Below, one piece after another: positions 45,525-55,367 of a stretch of DNA of 64,000 bases. The notes beneath the pieces are model-generated. The model searched no databases. It was not told where the DNA came from and saw only the letters and a list, made by a program, of their open reading frames with translations. Source of the DNA: a virus. The position numbers and the translations under genes are program-made. Every line of letters starts with the position of its first letter. The stretch's first letter is position 1. The stretch covers positions 5,428 through 69,427 of the IMG/VR virus record IMGVR_UViG_3300031578_000010; one strand, 5' to 3'.

Positions 45525-46530
45525 AAAGGATCTCCTTAGTTATATCCGTGATTTCCTGCCTATTCTTTTCCTTTGCAAACCTGTTAATATATCTCTTCAG
45601 ATTCCCTTTCAATGACCCGTTGTTATTTATAGTTTCATCTTGACGCCGGCCTTTCGATTTAATTTTCCAGGTAACTTTATTCACAACAGATCCTTTCTTC
45701 TTTATTTTTTCTATAACTTCTTTTATAGGGATGTCCTTTATATCTTTCTTCCTACAATTAACCACAATTTTATAAATTGCATTAGGTATCAAATGCCCTT
45801 TTACTCCTTCCTTATTCACAATTATCTGAACTAAAGATTTATTTTCAATGGGAATGCTATGTAATTTCCCATTATTATAATATAAAAATCTTTTCTCATC
45901 TTCCCGCTCCCCGAAATCCAAATAATCGGGGCTGCCACAATAATAGAAATTATCCAAATTTTGTGGTTTATGTAAATGGCCAAGGATAAAATATTTGGCC
46001 TCAAAGTATTTATTAAACCCTTCTCTATTTATTCCACTTAATAACGCAAAGTTAGAAGCGCCAACGGTTGCCCCATTAATTAATAAATGGGCAAAGACAC
46101 ACTCATAACTCCCTTGGAATTCTTTACAGATTTGTTTTATATATTTATTATCCTGTTCCATTTGAAGTTTGAAAGGCAATATAAGGAATCTTTTCCCATC
46201 CCTTGTAAACCTGGACGGTTCCATTACAACCCGCAACCTCTTGTCCCGGAAAGGGACAAGAGGCGCGAGCGTCGTTGTTCTGACCCCTACATCATGATTG
46301 CCGGGAAACAGCACTACTTCGAAATAATTTGTGTATTCCTTTATTAATTGATTAAATTTTGCCCTCAGACTATTGGATATCATCAGATGCTCATATATGT
46401 CTCCAGCGACTATTAAGAATTGGGCTTCTTTCCTTTTCGCATAGTTAAAGATCTGATGTAGAATTTTAAACCGATCCAGCCCGGGAATTTCCTCGCCAAT
46501 ATGTAAGTCGGCCGTGCAAACAAACCGCAT
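45496..46530 (-). CDS. sbcD: Mre11/SbcD-like (T4 gp47-like) nuclease
   Basis: TADLHIG, AGDIYE, PGNHD, GHLH, YCGSP. Confidence 0.92.
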   Translation of the reverse strand: MRFVCTADLHIGEEIPGLDRFKILHQIFNYAKRKEAQFLIVAGDIYEHLMISNSLRAKFNQLIKEYTNYFEVVLFPGNHDVGVRTTTLAPLVPFRDKRLRVVMEPSRFTRDGKRFLILPFKLQMEQDNKYIKQICKEFQGSYECVFAHLLINGATVGASNFALLSGINREGFNKYFEAKYFILGHLHKPQNLDNFYYCGSPDYLDFGEREDEKRFLYYNNGKLHSIPIENKSLVQIIVNKEGVKGHLIPNAIYKIVVNCRKKDIKDIPIKEVIEKIKKKGSVVNKVTWKIKSKGRRQDETINNNGSLKGNLKRYINRFAKEKNRQEITDITKEILYEADKNRNK

Positions 46531-46569
46531 AATTTCATCCTTTCATTATCGACTTCCTTCTTTGTTTGG

Positions 46570-47619
46570 TTATGCGGTTTCTAAAAGCAGGCCGGCAAGG
46601 CTTTCCATTTCAGTCCTTTTTATATTATCCGTTATTTTTCCTGCAACAAATGCAAAGGCGAAAGCAGCGCCGAGAAGCGTCGGCTCCTCGTTCTTATACC
46701 TTTCAAGAACTCCTTCCTCGAATTTCTTCGAGAACTTATATTTTATCCGAATCTTCTCTAACCAAGCCGGGAATTTATCCACAGGAAGTGCTCTCTTTCT
46801 GGCCTTTTCTGCCATGGTTGATACTCCGCCCATTGCGCCCTCCAATTTAACGCAAAGCGCGTCTTCCATTTCAATTTGTAGCCTGGACGCGGGCGCCTCG
46901 TCCTTCCCCAATTTATCAAAGCGCGCCCTAAAATAGCGCTTTAATGAATTTCCCAACATAATCCGCGGCAGAATATAAGATGAAGGACTCTCGCGATATA
47001 TCGCCAAGTCAAGTTTCGGCGAATGAAGGGCAAATTCAGAATTAGAGGCGATTATTCCTGCAAAATTCCCTCCCAAATTTTCGAACCCCTTCGTGAAAAC
47101 TCGATTTGGCAGGATAACCCGGATGATCATTTCGTTATCCTGGAAAGCGGAAGATTCGATAATGATCTCTTCTTTCAAGACTGTTATGAAAACGCCAAGA
47201 AATAACTCGTGTGTGAAACGGATATCCTTGCCGAAAATAAATCCCCGAACGAATTTGCCCAGCATGTCTATTCCCCACTTCTCTTCCTTCGGCAAGGAAG
47301 CGAGGAACCAATTAAAGATATCCGCTCGGATATCAGGCGACAATGCCTTATAGAAATCCTCCGGAATTTTGAATCTTTTAATCAACTGGCTGAAGGCCAG
47401 AGGAGATATCTTACATATCTCGGGGCTCTTTTTCCCAATGATGAAATCAGGATAAACTAAATTATTGGACGGAGATACACGGAGGTTAGAGGCTTTCCCG
47501 CTTACCTCCTTAATTCCTTTGTGCGCAGCCTGAAGAAGATTTCTTATTTCCGCGAACTCTTTCTTGTTGTCCACCTTCTTTGCTTCCTGCTCCTTTGTTA
47601 CCGTTGTTTCTTCCGACAT
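46570..47619 (-). CDS. DUF932-like protein
   Basis: FSQLIKRFKIPEDFY...VRGF...GIIASNSE; start moved to ATG 47619 (SD AGGAG). Confidence 0.5.
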   Translation of the reverse strand: MSEETTVTKEQEAKKVDNKKEFAEIRNLLQAAHKGIKEVSGKASNLRVSPSNNLVYPDFIIGKKSPEICKISPLAFSQLIKRFKIPEDFYKALSPDIRADIFNWFLASLPKEEKWGIDMLGKFVRGFIFGKDIRFTHELFLGVFITVLKEEIIIESSAFQDNEMIIRVILPNRVFTKGFENLGGNFAGIIASNSEFALHSPKLDLAIYRESPSSYILPRIMLGNSLKRYFRARFDKLGKDEAPASRLQIEMEDALCVKLEGAMGGVSTMAEKARKRALPVDKFPAWLEKIRIKYKFSKKFEEGVLERYKNEEPTLLGAAFAFAFVAGKITDNIKRTEMESLAGLLLETA

Positions 47620-47632
47620 GGTGTGCTCCTTC

Positions 47633-48625
47633 CTAAAAGCGTGACTGAATATAGTCACTCGTTATTTTTAAAAACCTTTTTCTTGTATTCTTTTTAGAAA
47701 GCAAAACTTCCAGAAACTTCTTCTGGCTTCTTTCAGTAATATCCTCGAATACAAACTTGCCCTTTTTCTTCCTTAGAATTTTTCCTTCCCTGGCCCAAAG
47801 AAATAATTCCTTCGCTTTATCTATTCCTTTATCAAAAGTAATGTAGAAACGTCCTACTCTAAAAGGCGGACAAATCTTAGATTTAACAACCTTAGCAAAA
47901 ACAAAGTTTGAAGTTTCCTTTTGCCCTTCCTTTTCCGTTTTTACTCGTCTAATTTCAATCCGAACAGAAGCCCAAAACTTTAGCGCCCTTCCTCCCGGCG
48001 TCGTCTTCCCGCCACGAGAAAAGCCCCAGCCTATTTTATCCCTTTCTTGATTTAAGAATATAACGAGAACCTTTTTAATATCTGCCAATGCTGCTATTTT
48101 TCGAAGCGCCTTCCCCATCATTCTTGCCTGAAGCGCTACCGTTTCGTCATCCATTTCCCCTTCGAGTTCTTTCTTTGGAACTAAAGCGGCAACGCTATCA
48201 ATAACAATCGTTTTTAGTTTGCCACCTTTTATTAATTCTCGAACAATTCCAAGAGCTTGTTCCCCGTAACTGGGCTGACTTAAATATAAATCCTCTATAT
48301 TTACTCCTATTTTTTTGGCATAGGCAGGATCTAAAGCGTGCTCGGCATCTACTATTCCAGCAGGACCAAAAGTCTTTTGAGTATTGGCCAAAATTTTAAG
48401 AGCAAGAGAAGTCTTGCCGGCCGACTCCGGTCCATATAATTCTATTATTCTGCCAAAAGGAAGCCCTTTCCCGCCTAATGCCTTGTCAAGAGAAACCGAT
48501 CCAGTTGATACACAAATGCCAGGATCAAGAGGTTTATCTCCAAGGCGCATGATCGAACCTTTTCCATATTTCTTCTCGATCAGCGCCATAGTTTTAACTA
48601 TGGTATTCTTTTTCTTCTTTTTCAT
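47633..48625 (-). CDS. recA: RecA recombinase
   Basis: IEKKYGKGSIMRLG, GPESAGKTS, VDAEHALDP, IDSVAALVPK, LQARMM, GGRALKF; start moved to ATG 48625. Confidence 0.95.
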   Translation of the reverse strand: MKKKKKNTIVKTMALIEKKYGKGSIMRLGDKPLDPGICVSTGSVSLDKALGGKGLPFGRIIELYGPESAGKTSLALKILANTQKTFGPAGIVDAEHALDPAYAKKIGVNIEDLYLSQPSYGEQALGIVRELIKGGKLKTIVIDSVAALVPKKELEGEMDDETVALQARMMGKALRKIAALADIKKVLVIFLNQERDKIGWGFSRGGKTTPGGRALKFWASVRIEIRRVKTEKEGQKETSNFVFAKVVKSKICPPFRVGRFYITFDKGIDKAKELFLWAREGKILRKKKGKFVFEDITERSQKKFLEVLLSKKNTRKRFLKITSDYIQSRF

Positions 48626-48630
48626 GTTAT

Positions 48631-49308
48631 CTACCAATTAAGCTCGTCCTCGTCGTCGTCGTCATCGTCTTCACTTTTCTTGCCCTTTTTCTTTTTTCCG
48701 CCTTTCTTCCCTTTTTTGTTTTTCTTGCTCTTTTTCTTGTTTCTTTTCTTGGATTTCTTTTCCTCCTCCTCTTCCTCGTCGTCTTCATCCTCGTCGTCGT
48801 CGTCATCGTCGTCCTCTTCCTCGTCGTCGTCATCGTCGTCGTCTTCATCTTCTTCTTCCTCGTCGTCATCCCCATCTTCGTCATCGTCGTCATCGTCAGT
48901 TTCTTCCGGCTCCTCGCGATCCTTCTTTCCCTTTTTCAAAGAAAAGACCTCGTCGACTTTACACTTCGGTGTGCCATCGTCGTTCACGCTATCCGTATGA
49001 ACGATTGAAATTCGGACCTTTTTCCCTTGCAGAATAGAAATGTCGAACTTCCCTGTTTTGAATTTCATCCCGCCAAGAAGCCGTTTGAGCCACCTGCCCG
49101 TTTTATTTTTTGGGCGGGCATCGAAAGGAGACCATGCTCGCATTTCTACTCCCTTGTGTTTCCCTTTCAGTATTTTAAAAGACCATTTTAATTGAATACC
49201 GTACTTTCCATCCTCCTTTTCTATCTTGGTTATTTGGGCAAGATAGATATCCTCCGGAATTGAAAACCCGGCGCTTTTCGGTGACATAGGAATTCTGAGG
49301 CGCTTCAT
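48631..49308 (-). CDS. DUF669-like single-stranded DNA-binding protein with long acidic and basic tail
   Basis: IPEDIYLAQITKIE...LKWSFKIL OB-like core; D/E tract then K tract, ending DDDDDEDELNW; adjacent to recA. Confidence 0.65.
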   Translation of the reverse strand: MKRLRIPMSPKSAGFSIPEDIYLAQITKIEKEDGKYGIQLKWSFKILKGKHKGVEMRAWSPFDARPKNKTGRWLKRLLGGMKFKTGKFDISILQGKKVRISIVHTDSVNDDGTPKCKVDEVFSLKKGKKDREEPEETDDDDDDEDGDDDEEEEDEDDDDDDDEEEDDDDDDDEDEDDEEEEEEKKSKKRNKKKSKKNKKGKKGGKKKKGKKSEDDDDDDEDELNW

Positions 49309-49589
49309 TTCTTGCTCCTTTTCTTCTCTTTCCTTGCCTTGATTTCCTTTATATAGTCAGCAATGTCCTCCTGGACTTGCTTCCGACATTCTGCTATTAA
49401 TCTCTTCGATACAAGTCTTATTTTCTTTTTATTCTTTAACTTATCATTCGTCAAAACAATAGTTTGTTCATAGAAAGCATAAAAACGTGTCGTATGAAAA
49501 CCGCTAATAAGCAAATTCTCTTCGAAAGCCCTCCTAACAACAAATATTTTTTTAGTTAATCTTTCTAAAGAATTTAATATATTTGGCAT
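49305..49589 (-). CDS. Hypothetical protein
   Basis: 94 aa. Confidence 0.55.
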   Translation of the reverse strand: MPNILNSLERLTKKIFVVRRAFEENLLISGFHTTRFYAFYEQTIVLTNDKLKNKKKIRLVSKRLIAECRKQVQEDIADYIKEIKARKEKKRSKK

Positions 49590-50449
49590 TACTTCCTCCT
49601 CTGATTTTTCTTTATCTTTATAAATGCAGAAATTAATTGCAACGATTTGACACAGCCCAGTCGCATCCTCATATCACATTCAGCAAGATTTAAAACGGCA
49701 ACCATATTTCTATTTTCTATCGCTTCATCTGTCATTACTTTAAAAAGATATTCGGGCTCCATCTTATAAGCGTAATTTGCAAACTCACCTATATTTAAAG
49801 AGAAAACATCCTCGATTATTTCATCATTTAAATCGGCGCCATTTTTCTTTGCTTCTAATAAATGCAATAAACGTCGGGCATCTCCATTAGATTCCATAAT
49901 TATCAATTTAAATTGGTTTTTCTTTATCTTAATATTCTCCACTTGAATAACTCGTTTTGCTAAGACCTCCATATCCTTTTTATCAATCTTTTTAAAATGA
50001 CAAATAGAGCAACGGGAAATGATCGGCTCTATAACCTTGTTTATATAATTACAAGATAAAATAAAACGGCAATTATCGGAATATATCTCCATCATCCTTC
50101 TAAGAGCATGTTGGGCATCCTTTGTTATTTCGCTGGCTTCATCCAAAAATACTATTTTATATTTTCCAAAACCTTTAGTCCTGGCAAATTCCTTTACCTT
50201 CCCTCTAATAACATCAATTCCGCGTTCTGAACTCGCGTTTAATTCCAGAAGAGAATTCTTCCAATCTGCTCCGAATATTTCTCTTGCAATTATTATCGCC
50301 ACAGATGTTTTGCCCGTTCCAGCATCTCCTGAGAATAAAAGGTTGGGGATAATATGTTCTTTTTCAATAAACTTTTTTATTACTTTTATAATAGAGTCCT
50401 GGCCTATAACTTCATCAAATTTATTTGGTCTATATTTCTCTATAAACAT
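49589..50449 (-). CDS. rfcS: Clamp loader AAA+ subunit (RFC small / T4 gp44-like)
   Basis: [54 protein letters not shown]. Confidence 0.92.
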   Translation of the reverse strand: MFIEKYRPNKFDEVIGQDSIIKVIKKFIEKEHIIPNLLFSGDAGTGKTSVAIIIAREIFGADWKNSLLELNASSERGIDVIRGKVKEFARTKGFGKYKIVFLDEASEITKDAQHALRRMMEIYSDNCRFILSCNYINKVIEPIISRCSICHFKKIDKKDMEVLAKRVIQVENIKIKKNQFKLIIMESNGDARRLLHLLEAKKNGADLNDEIIEDVFSLNIGEFANYAYKMEPEYLFKVMTDEAIENRNMVAVLNLAECDMRMRLGCVKSLQLISAFIKIKKNQRRK

Positions 50450-50460
50450 CTCAACCTCGT

Positions 50461-50919
50461 TTAAATTAAGGAACGATCAGGTTTTTTTATCAGTATAACT
50501 CCTTTAGTTTTCTTCCCCCATACAACCTTTTGCCCAGTTAAATTAAAGCCGAATTTCTCAAAAAACCTAATCGATCTTTTGTTCTTTGCCATGGCCTCCG
50601 TCCATATTACTTTATCTCGATAAATAATAAGGAACTTTTTTAAAACCCTCCCAGCGTTTCCATCCCCCGGCATCTTAGTAACAATTTCAGATATATGGCA
50701 ATCCCCACAATGACGCTTAACACCATGAAACCTTGTATTTACTTTATATATTCGATAAATTATTACAACATTATCTTGAAAAATTACTTGATTCCTTTTT
50801 ATCGGATCCTCTAATTTTGCAGCATAATATCTCTTTATATACGGAAATATATTATCATATTTCAGAAATATTTTCTTTATCTTATCTAAATCATTAATAG
50901 TTGCGAATTTCATCGTCAA
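50461..50919 (-). CDS. GNAT-family acetyltransferase
   Basis: [18 protein letters not shown] (motif A), [13 protein letters not shown] (motif B). Confidence 0.8.
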   Translation of the reverse strand: MTMKFATINDLDKIKKIFLKYDNIFPYIKRYYAAKLEDPIKRNQVIFQDNVVIIYRIYKVNTRFHGVKRHCGDCHISEIVTKMPGDGNAGRVLKKFLIIYRDKVIWTEAMAKNKRSIRFFEKFGFNLTGQKVVWGKKTKGVILIKKPDRSLI

Positions 50920-51809
50920 CCCCTAATGATATTGGCGTTGCCAACTACCCAAAAACAAACCTTGTCCTTCTTCTTGTCAATCAATTTCTCTCTAATCATA
51001 AAATCATAGGCCTTAGATTCATATATATTATCCAATTCAAATCCAACATTTATATGTAAAGCCTTAGAATAGGAATATTTTCCACTATAATATTTAAACT
51101 TATAACAAAATCTTGGCAAACCAATTCCAGAATATATAACAGGCCTTCTATCATGACCGAAAGGTTGAATGGCTATTATCTTCTTTAATTTAAGCTTATA
51201 TCTTAGAACACCCGACATAATTCCTGAAAATGTTAATCCGCTCCCTACAATAACAACCATCGTATCTATAAACTCAGGGATATTTTTAACTTGGTGCGCT
51301 GTTACATCGATTATTGACTTCCGATCCGAAGATACGTTCATCCCAAAAGCAACCAAAAACATAGGGCGCTCTTTAGCAAGAGTTTTTAACCTGCTATATA
51401 GAACATTATTAAACCCATAATGTTCAGATACAACCTTTATCTCAGAGCCCAACTTCTTAGCAATACGAATAGTCCGATAATTCGATAAAGCCTTTTCAAC
51501 CGTTGTCCCTCCAATTCCAATAATAGACTTAAAACCTAACTCCTTCGCAACCCTCGAAACTATTGTTCCTTGTGGCGAAGATACCGAAGTTGCTGTTGCT
51601 ACCGTTCTATTAAAAGAAGAAATTATCTGTTTCCTATTAGATAGTAGCAAGGTGAGACACTGGCGAACTTTCCCGCCGTTTATTTGGTTATATAATTTGT
51701 GACAAGATCTAAATCGCCCAAACGGCTTAAATAGATCATCTCGCTTAAAATAAATTCCATCATATTCCTCAACAGGAGTTAAATCATATATTCCGTATTT
51801 ATTTTTCAT
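50916..51809 (-). CDS. PLP-dependent fold-type II enzyme (ACC deaminase/D-cysteine desulfhydrase-like)
   Basis: LTPVEEYDGIYFKRDDL, GGKVRQ (Schiff-base Lys), VGSGLTFSGI, LDNIYESKA. Confidence 0.8.
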   Translation of the reverse strand: MKNKYGIYDLTPVEEYDGIYFKRDDLFKPFGRFRSCHKLYNQINGGKVRQCLTLLLSNRKQIISSFNRTVATATSVSSPQGTIVSRVAKELGFKSIIGIGGTTVEKALSNYRTIRIAKKLGSEIKVVSEHYGFNNVLYSRLKTLAKERPMFLVAFGMNVSSDRKSIIDVTAHQVKNIPEFIDTMVVIVGSGLTFSGIMSGVLRYKLKLKKIIAIQPFGHDRRPVIYSGIGLPRFCYKFKYYSGKYSYSKALHINVGFELDNIYESKAYDFMIREKLIDKKKDKVCFWVVGNANIIRG

Positions 51810-52356
51810 TTTGACCCCTTGTAGGAAAACTATAATAAAACCTCATAAAGGGGCTATATTTCGGATTAAAACAAGACAATAAAAAATGTACTATCCTTCT
51901 TTCAGTATAATATAATAACTGATCTATTCTATTTATTAAATTAATATTCTCTAAATCGTTTTCATCCAGGTTACTTATAATCCACTTCAATAAAACCTCC
52001 AACGGAGGTTTCTCTCTTTCTAAGGAATTAAAAACCTGTTTTCTATTCTTATTTGAAAAGATCAAAGAGAGTGTATGGAAAATATTGCTTCCTTCTGTCT
52101 TTCCATAATAAAGAACTTTATTAACCAAATGTTTGACTTTTTGGATTCTATCTTCTTTCGCTGTTCTTAGATCAATATCACAGGAACTTCTTTTTATTAT
52201 AGAATTTAATTTCCTTATATCTAATCTCCCAGCATCCAAATCTATTATTATCTTAGATTTAATTAACTGTTTTGCCAACATCTTATTTAGAGTAATTTTG
52301 TCTAAAGATATTGCATCTTTAAAGATCTCTTTATCGCAAACAAGCAACCTAATCAT
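51799..52356 (-). CDS. Putative second clamp-loader subunit (RFC large C-terminal-like / gp62 analogue)
   Basis: SNIFHTLSLIFSNK...PPLEVLLKWIISNL resembles RFC-L collar region; no ATPase domain. Confidence 0.5.
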   Translation of the reverse strand: MIRLLVCDKEIFKDAISLDKITLNKMLAKQLIKSKIIIDLDAGRLDIRKLNSIIKRSSCDIDLRTAKEDRIQKVKHLVNKVLYYGKTEGSNIFHTLSLIFSNKNRKQVFNSLEREKPPLEVLLKWIISNLDENDLENINLINRIDQLLYYTERRIVHFLLSCFNPKYSPFMRFYYSFPTRGQNEK

Positions 52357-53219
52357 TATATTCTCTGAAATATTTGAGCATATTCGTGGACTCGAACTAA
52401 ATTATGATTTCCTTTTGTGAACATCCCGATTCGCTGTATAGCCGGCGTTCCCCTAAAAATAATAGGAATCTCTTCCAACATTTTAAAACCTGTTCGGTGC
52501 ATTCTTGCAGTGTCATGATTCATTCCCTGTAAATATCCATCCAAATCTCTAACCAAACCAATAACCCAAACTGAAATAGCCCCTTTCTTTAATATTCTAT
52601 AACTCTCGTTTATTGATTTCTGAATTCCTTTATTAAACTCATCGTATGTTCCTAACATTGATAAATCTTTCTTTCCTCCTCGATAGTGTTCCACATTCCA
52701 ATAAGGCGGGCAAGTAATAAGAAAGTCTGCAATTTCATCCTCAACCATTGGAACAGATCTTGAATCGCCACATATTATCTTAACTTTTTTAGATACCTTA
52801 TTTCTTTTCGCCCTCCGCAAAATTGCCTCACATTCGTTCTTTCTAATTTCAATTCCAATATAATCCATTCCATGGCGGGCCGCCATAATTGCCCTTGTCC
52901 CTCCCCCAGCGAAAGGATCGTAACATATCCCCTTCTTGGGAGCGTATCTATTAAAAATCCAATACGCTGTCGCTGGATTAAAAACACTTTGAGAATTCCT
53001 ATAACAAGATTTCTTAGATTGATTTTCTGGCTGAAGGCAAGCCGCTCTTTCGGATCCAAAATAGGCGGAATCCCCAATATGCCTTTTCTGCCTTCTAACC
53101 TCTGGATCAGATAAATATGACTCCCAAACTGTAAATGGCGGAGCCGGCAATCTGCCCACAGATGTTTTAAAATCGCCAACTATCTGGCCAAATAGGTCTT
53201 TAACTTGTTTTCTTGACAT
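52356..53219 (-). CDS. Amino-type DNA methyltransferase, paralogue 2
   Basis: DPFAGGGT, ITCPPYW; N-terminal QVKDLFG. Confidence 0.85.
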   Translation of the reverse strand: MSRKQVKDLFGQIVGDFKTSVGRLPAPPFTVWESYLSDPEVRRQKRHIGDSAYFGSERAACLQPENQSKKSCYRNSQSVFNPATAYWIFNRYAPKKGICYDPFAGGGTRAIMAARHGMDYIGIEIRKNECEAILRRAKRNKVSKKVKIICGDSRSVPMVEDEIADFLITCPPYWNVEHYRGGKKDLSMLGTYDEFNKGIQKSINESYRILKKGAISVWVIGLVRDLDGYLQGMNHDTARMHRTGFKMLEEIPIIFRGTPAIQRIGMFTKGNHNLVRVHEYAQIFQRI

Positions 53220-54133
53220 TATTTCTTCTCCGGTTTTTTAAATATAAGAACATATTCATGAGAACGAATAAGAAACTTCCTGCCTTTATCAAAATTCCCC
53301 ACTCGCCTTAAAGATCCGGTGTTCTTAATATGTAGAATAATTTCTTCTTTAATTAAAAATCCAGCTTTCCGATGCATTGATGTCACATCATGGTTCAAAC
53401 AAATAAGACTTCCATTTTTATGTCTATGTAATCCTACAACCCAGCAAGATATTGATCCAGGTTTCAAAATTCTAAAAGTTTCGCGAACAACTTTAAATAA
53501 ATCTCCTTTGAATTCACTATATGATTCTTTCATAGATAAATCAGTAACTCCGCCCTCATATTTTTCAAGGTTCCAATAAGGAGGGCAAGTTATAAGAAAA
53601 TCTGCTTTAGAATTTGTGACCTTCCGAGGATATCTTGCATCGCCATGAATTATTTTAACCCGATCAGAAAAACCCGCATTATCCACTCTTTTTTCGACCG
53701 CTATACATTCTTCTTTTCTTATTTCATATCCTATATATTTTAATCCATGCCGAGCCGCCATTATAGCCCTTGTACCTCCGCCAGCGAAGGGGTCAAAACA
53801 TATCCCCTTTTTAGGAGCATATAAATTTAATAACCAATAAGCAATTGCTGGATTAAATACACTCGCGCCATATTGATAACCAAATGTTCCATCAACCGTT
53901 TCATGCCGGGCTCGTTTCTCTGCCTCTTTAAAACTAAATTTATATCTACTGGTATTCGTGCCCTGCGATCTCGACTTAGCATCTTTAACTGCCCCGATAT
54001 CCCCCACCATCTTTTTAAATTTGCGGACCTGAGGATCACTCATATCGCAATCCCAAACGGTGATAGGCCAGATACCATATCTCTGGCGCATCGTTTTAAA
54101 TTCGCCAACGGCTTCACCAAATAAATCTTTCAC
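53219..54133 (-). CDS. Amino-type DNA methyltransferase, paralogue 3
   Basis: DPFAGGGT, ITCPPYW; N-terminal MKDLFG. Confidence 0.85.
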   Translation of the reverse strand: MKDLFGEAVGEFKTMRQRYGIWPITVWDCDMSDPQVRKFKKMVGDIGAVKDAKSRSQGTNTSRYKFSFKEAEKRARHETVDGTFGYQYGASVFNPAIAYWLLNLYAPKKGICFDPFAGGGTRAIMAARHGLKYIGYEIRKEECIAVEKRVDNAGFSDRVKIIHGDARYPRKVTNSKADFLITCPPYWNLEKYEGGVTDLSMKESYSEFKGDLFKVVRETFRILKPGSISCWVVGLHRHKNGSLICLNHDVTSMHRKAGFLIKEEIILHIKNTGSLRRVGNFDKGRKFLIRSHEYVLIFKKPEKK

Positions 54134-54876
54134 TTTCCCTCCTCCTCTTTCGTCATGAGCAAATAAAGAGAAGAATATTTATCGCCAAACCTAATCAACA
54201 TAGGAGGGTCTTTCTCCAAGAATATTTTAACCTTTCCTTCCAAGGATTTAAAGATCTCTTTTATACCATGCCCAAAACAAACTGACATCTCTTTCTTTAA
54301 TACAGGTTTTTTTATTTGAAGGTTTGTCGTTATTGAATTTTTTCCTCTTTTTACTTTTGCTTTTACTCCCGCCTTATCAATTAAGATATAATATGTATGC
54401 TCATCGAGAATATCAGCATCCCCTACTAATTCTTTTAATTGTTCCGCCCTCACAATAAAATTATTTGTTTTATATACGACCTTTAAGGCAGGAGTTTTAA
54501 TGGAGTTCTTCTCGAATTTGATGGCATCCACGTTAGCAAAACTCTCTATATTTTTCAAGGGAGTCACTTCGAAACGACCTATTTTCCTCTTCTGTTTTAT
54601 AATCAGCTGCTTTTCATCGGCAGAAATGGAAACAGTATCAGAAAAGCGAGTCAATATTTTCATGAACTGAGCAATATCCCCAATAGTAAATATTCCATGT
54701 TTCTGAATTTGGGCTTCTGTGCTTACTCGAAAGAAAATTGCCCTCGATGTATCCGTTCCTTTCGTTGTTAACTGCCCATTCTTAGCGGATATAACGCAAT
54801 CCAGCACCAACCCATCAAGATGAGCTTGTGAAAGGAAACTGATAAAGCTGCCATTATCTATTTCGAAAAGCGCCAT
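54130..54876 (-). CDS. Sliding clamp, PCNA/gp45-like (two-domain subunit)
   Basis: 248 aa; KGTDTSRAIFFRV, IGDIAQFMKIL, VKIFLEKDPPMLIRF...YLLM follow PCNA pattern; in operon with clamp loader and polymerase. Confidence 0.75.
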   Translation of the reverse strand: MALFEIDNGSFISFLSQAHLDGLVLDCVISAKNGQLTTKGTDTSRAIFFRVSTEAQIQKHGIFTIGDIAQFMKILTRFSDTVSISADEKQLIIKQKRKIGRFEVTPLKNIESFANVDAIKFEKNSIKTPALKVVYKTNNFIVRAEQLKELVGDADILDEHTYYILIDKAGVKAKVKRGKNSITTNLQIKKPVLKKEMSVCFGHGIKEIFKSLEGKVKIFLEKDPPMLIRFGDKYSSLYLLMTKEEEGK

Positions 54877-55367
54877 TACTTTGTCCTCCTATATTCGCTA
54901 TCCAAACTCCGGATAGCGTTCTCCAAAGCGTCCAAAAGCTTGTTCGTCCGGTGCATTACGTTAGTGTAAATTGAAACTTTTTCAATTCCTTTTGCTTCCT
55001 CTGCCCTAAGTTTCTTACTTCGTCTTTCTGCTTCATTAGTACATATACTATCAGTTACCTTATCGACCCCATCAACGCCTTCTGTTTTCGCGTTCATGAA
55101 AAAGGCTGCTGATTTTGTTTTTCTAATTCCGTATATTTTATTTTGCTCCCCCTCTGCCTTCCCAGCATATACCGCAAGAAAAACGTTGAGGGCGGATAGG
55201 TTTATTTGATCTCGTATCAGCTTATCTTTTTTATATCTTGAAACCATTTCCGCGATGCCTATTCCAGCATATTTATCGACTATTTTGAGTATCTTCCTTA
55301 AGAACTCATACTCCTGTGGGTCATTCTGAAAGGTCGAAAAATCTATAATAACATTCCGCTCTTGCAT
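54876..55367 (-). CDS. Helical hypothetical protein (possible UvsY-like recombination mediator)
   Basis: 163 aa; C-terminal amphipathic helices; location in replication/recombination operon. Function is a guess. Confidence 0.45.
   Translation of the reverse strand: MQERNVIIDFSTFQNDPQEYEFLRKILKIVDKYAGIGIAEMVSRYKKDKLIRDQINLSALNVFLAVYAGKAEGEQNKIYGIRKTKSAAFFMNAKTEGVDGVDKVTDSICTNEAERRSKKLRAEEAKGIEKVSIYTNVMHRTNKLLDALENAIRSLDSEYRRTK

Noticed and set aside
48627-49000. Thr/Arg-rich and poly-Ser ORFs (also 61798-62288)
   Set aside because: Frame-shifted or antisense readings of the D/E/K tracts of real genes
49589-54876. Archaeal host suggested by RFC/PCNA-like genes
   Set aside because: tmRNA, DnaE, RecA, sigma factor, GroES and AGGAGG SD sites all indicate a bacterial host
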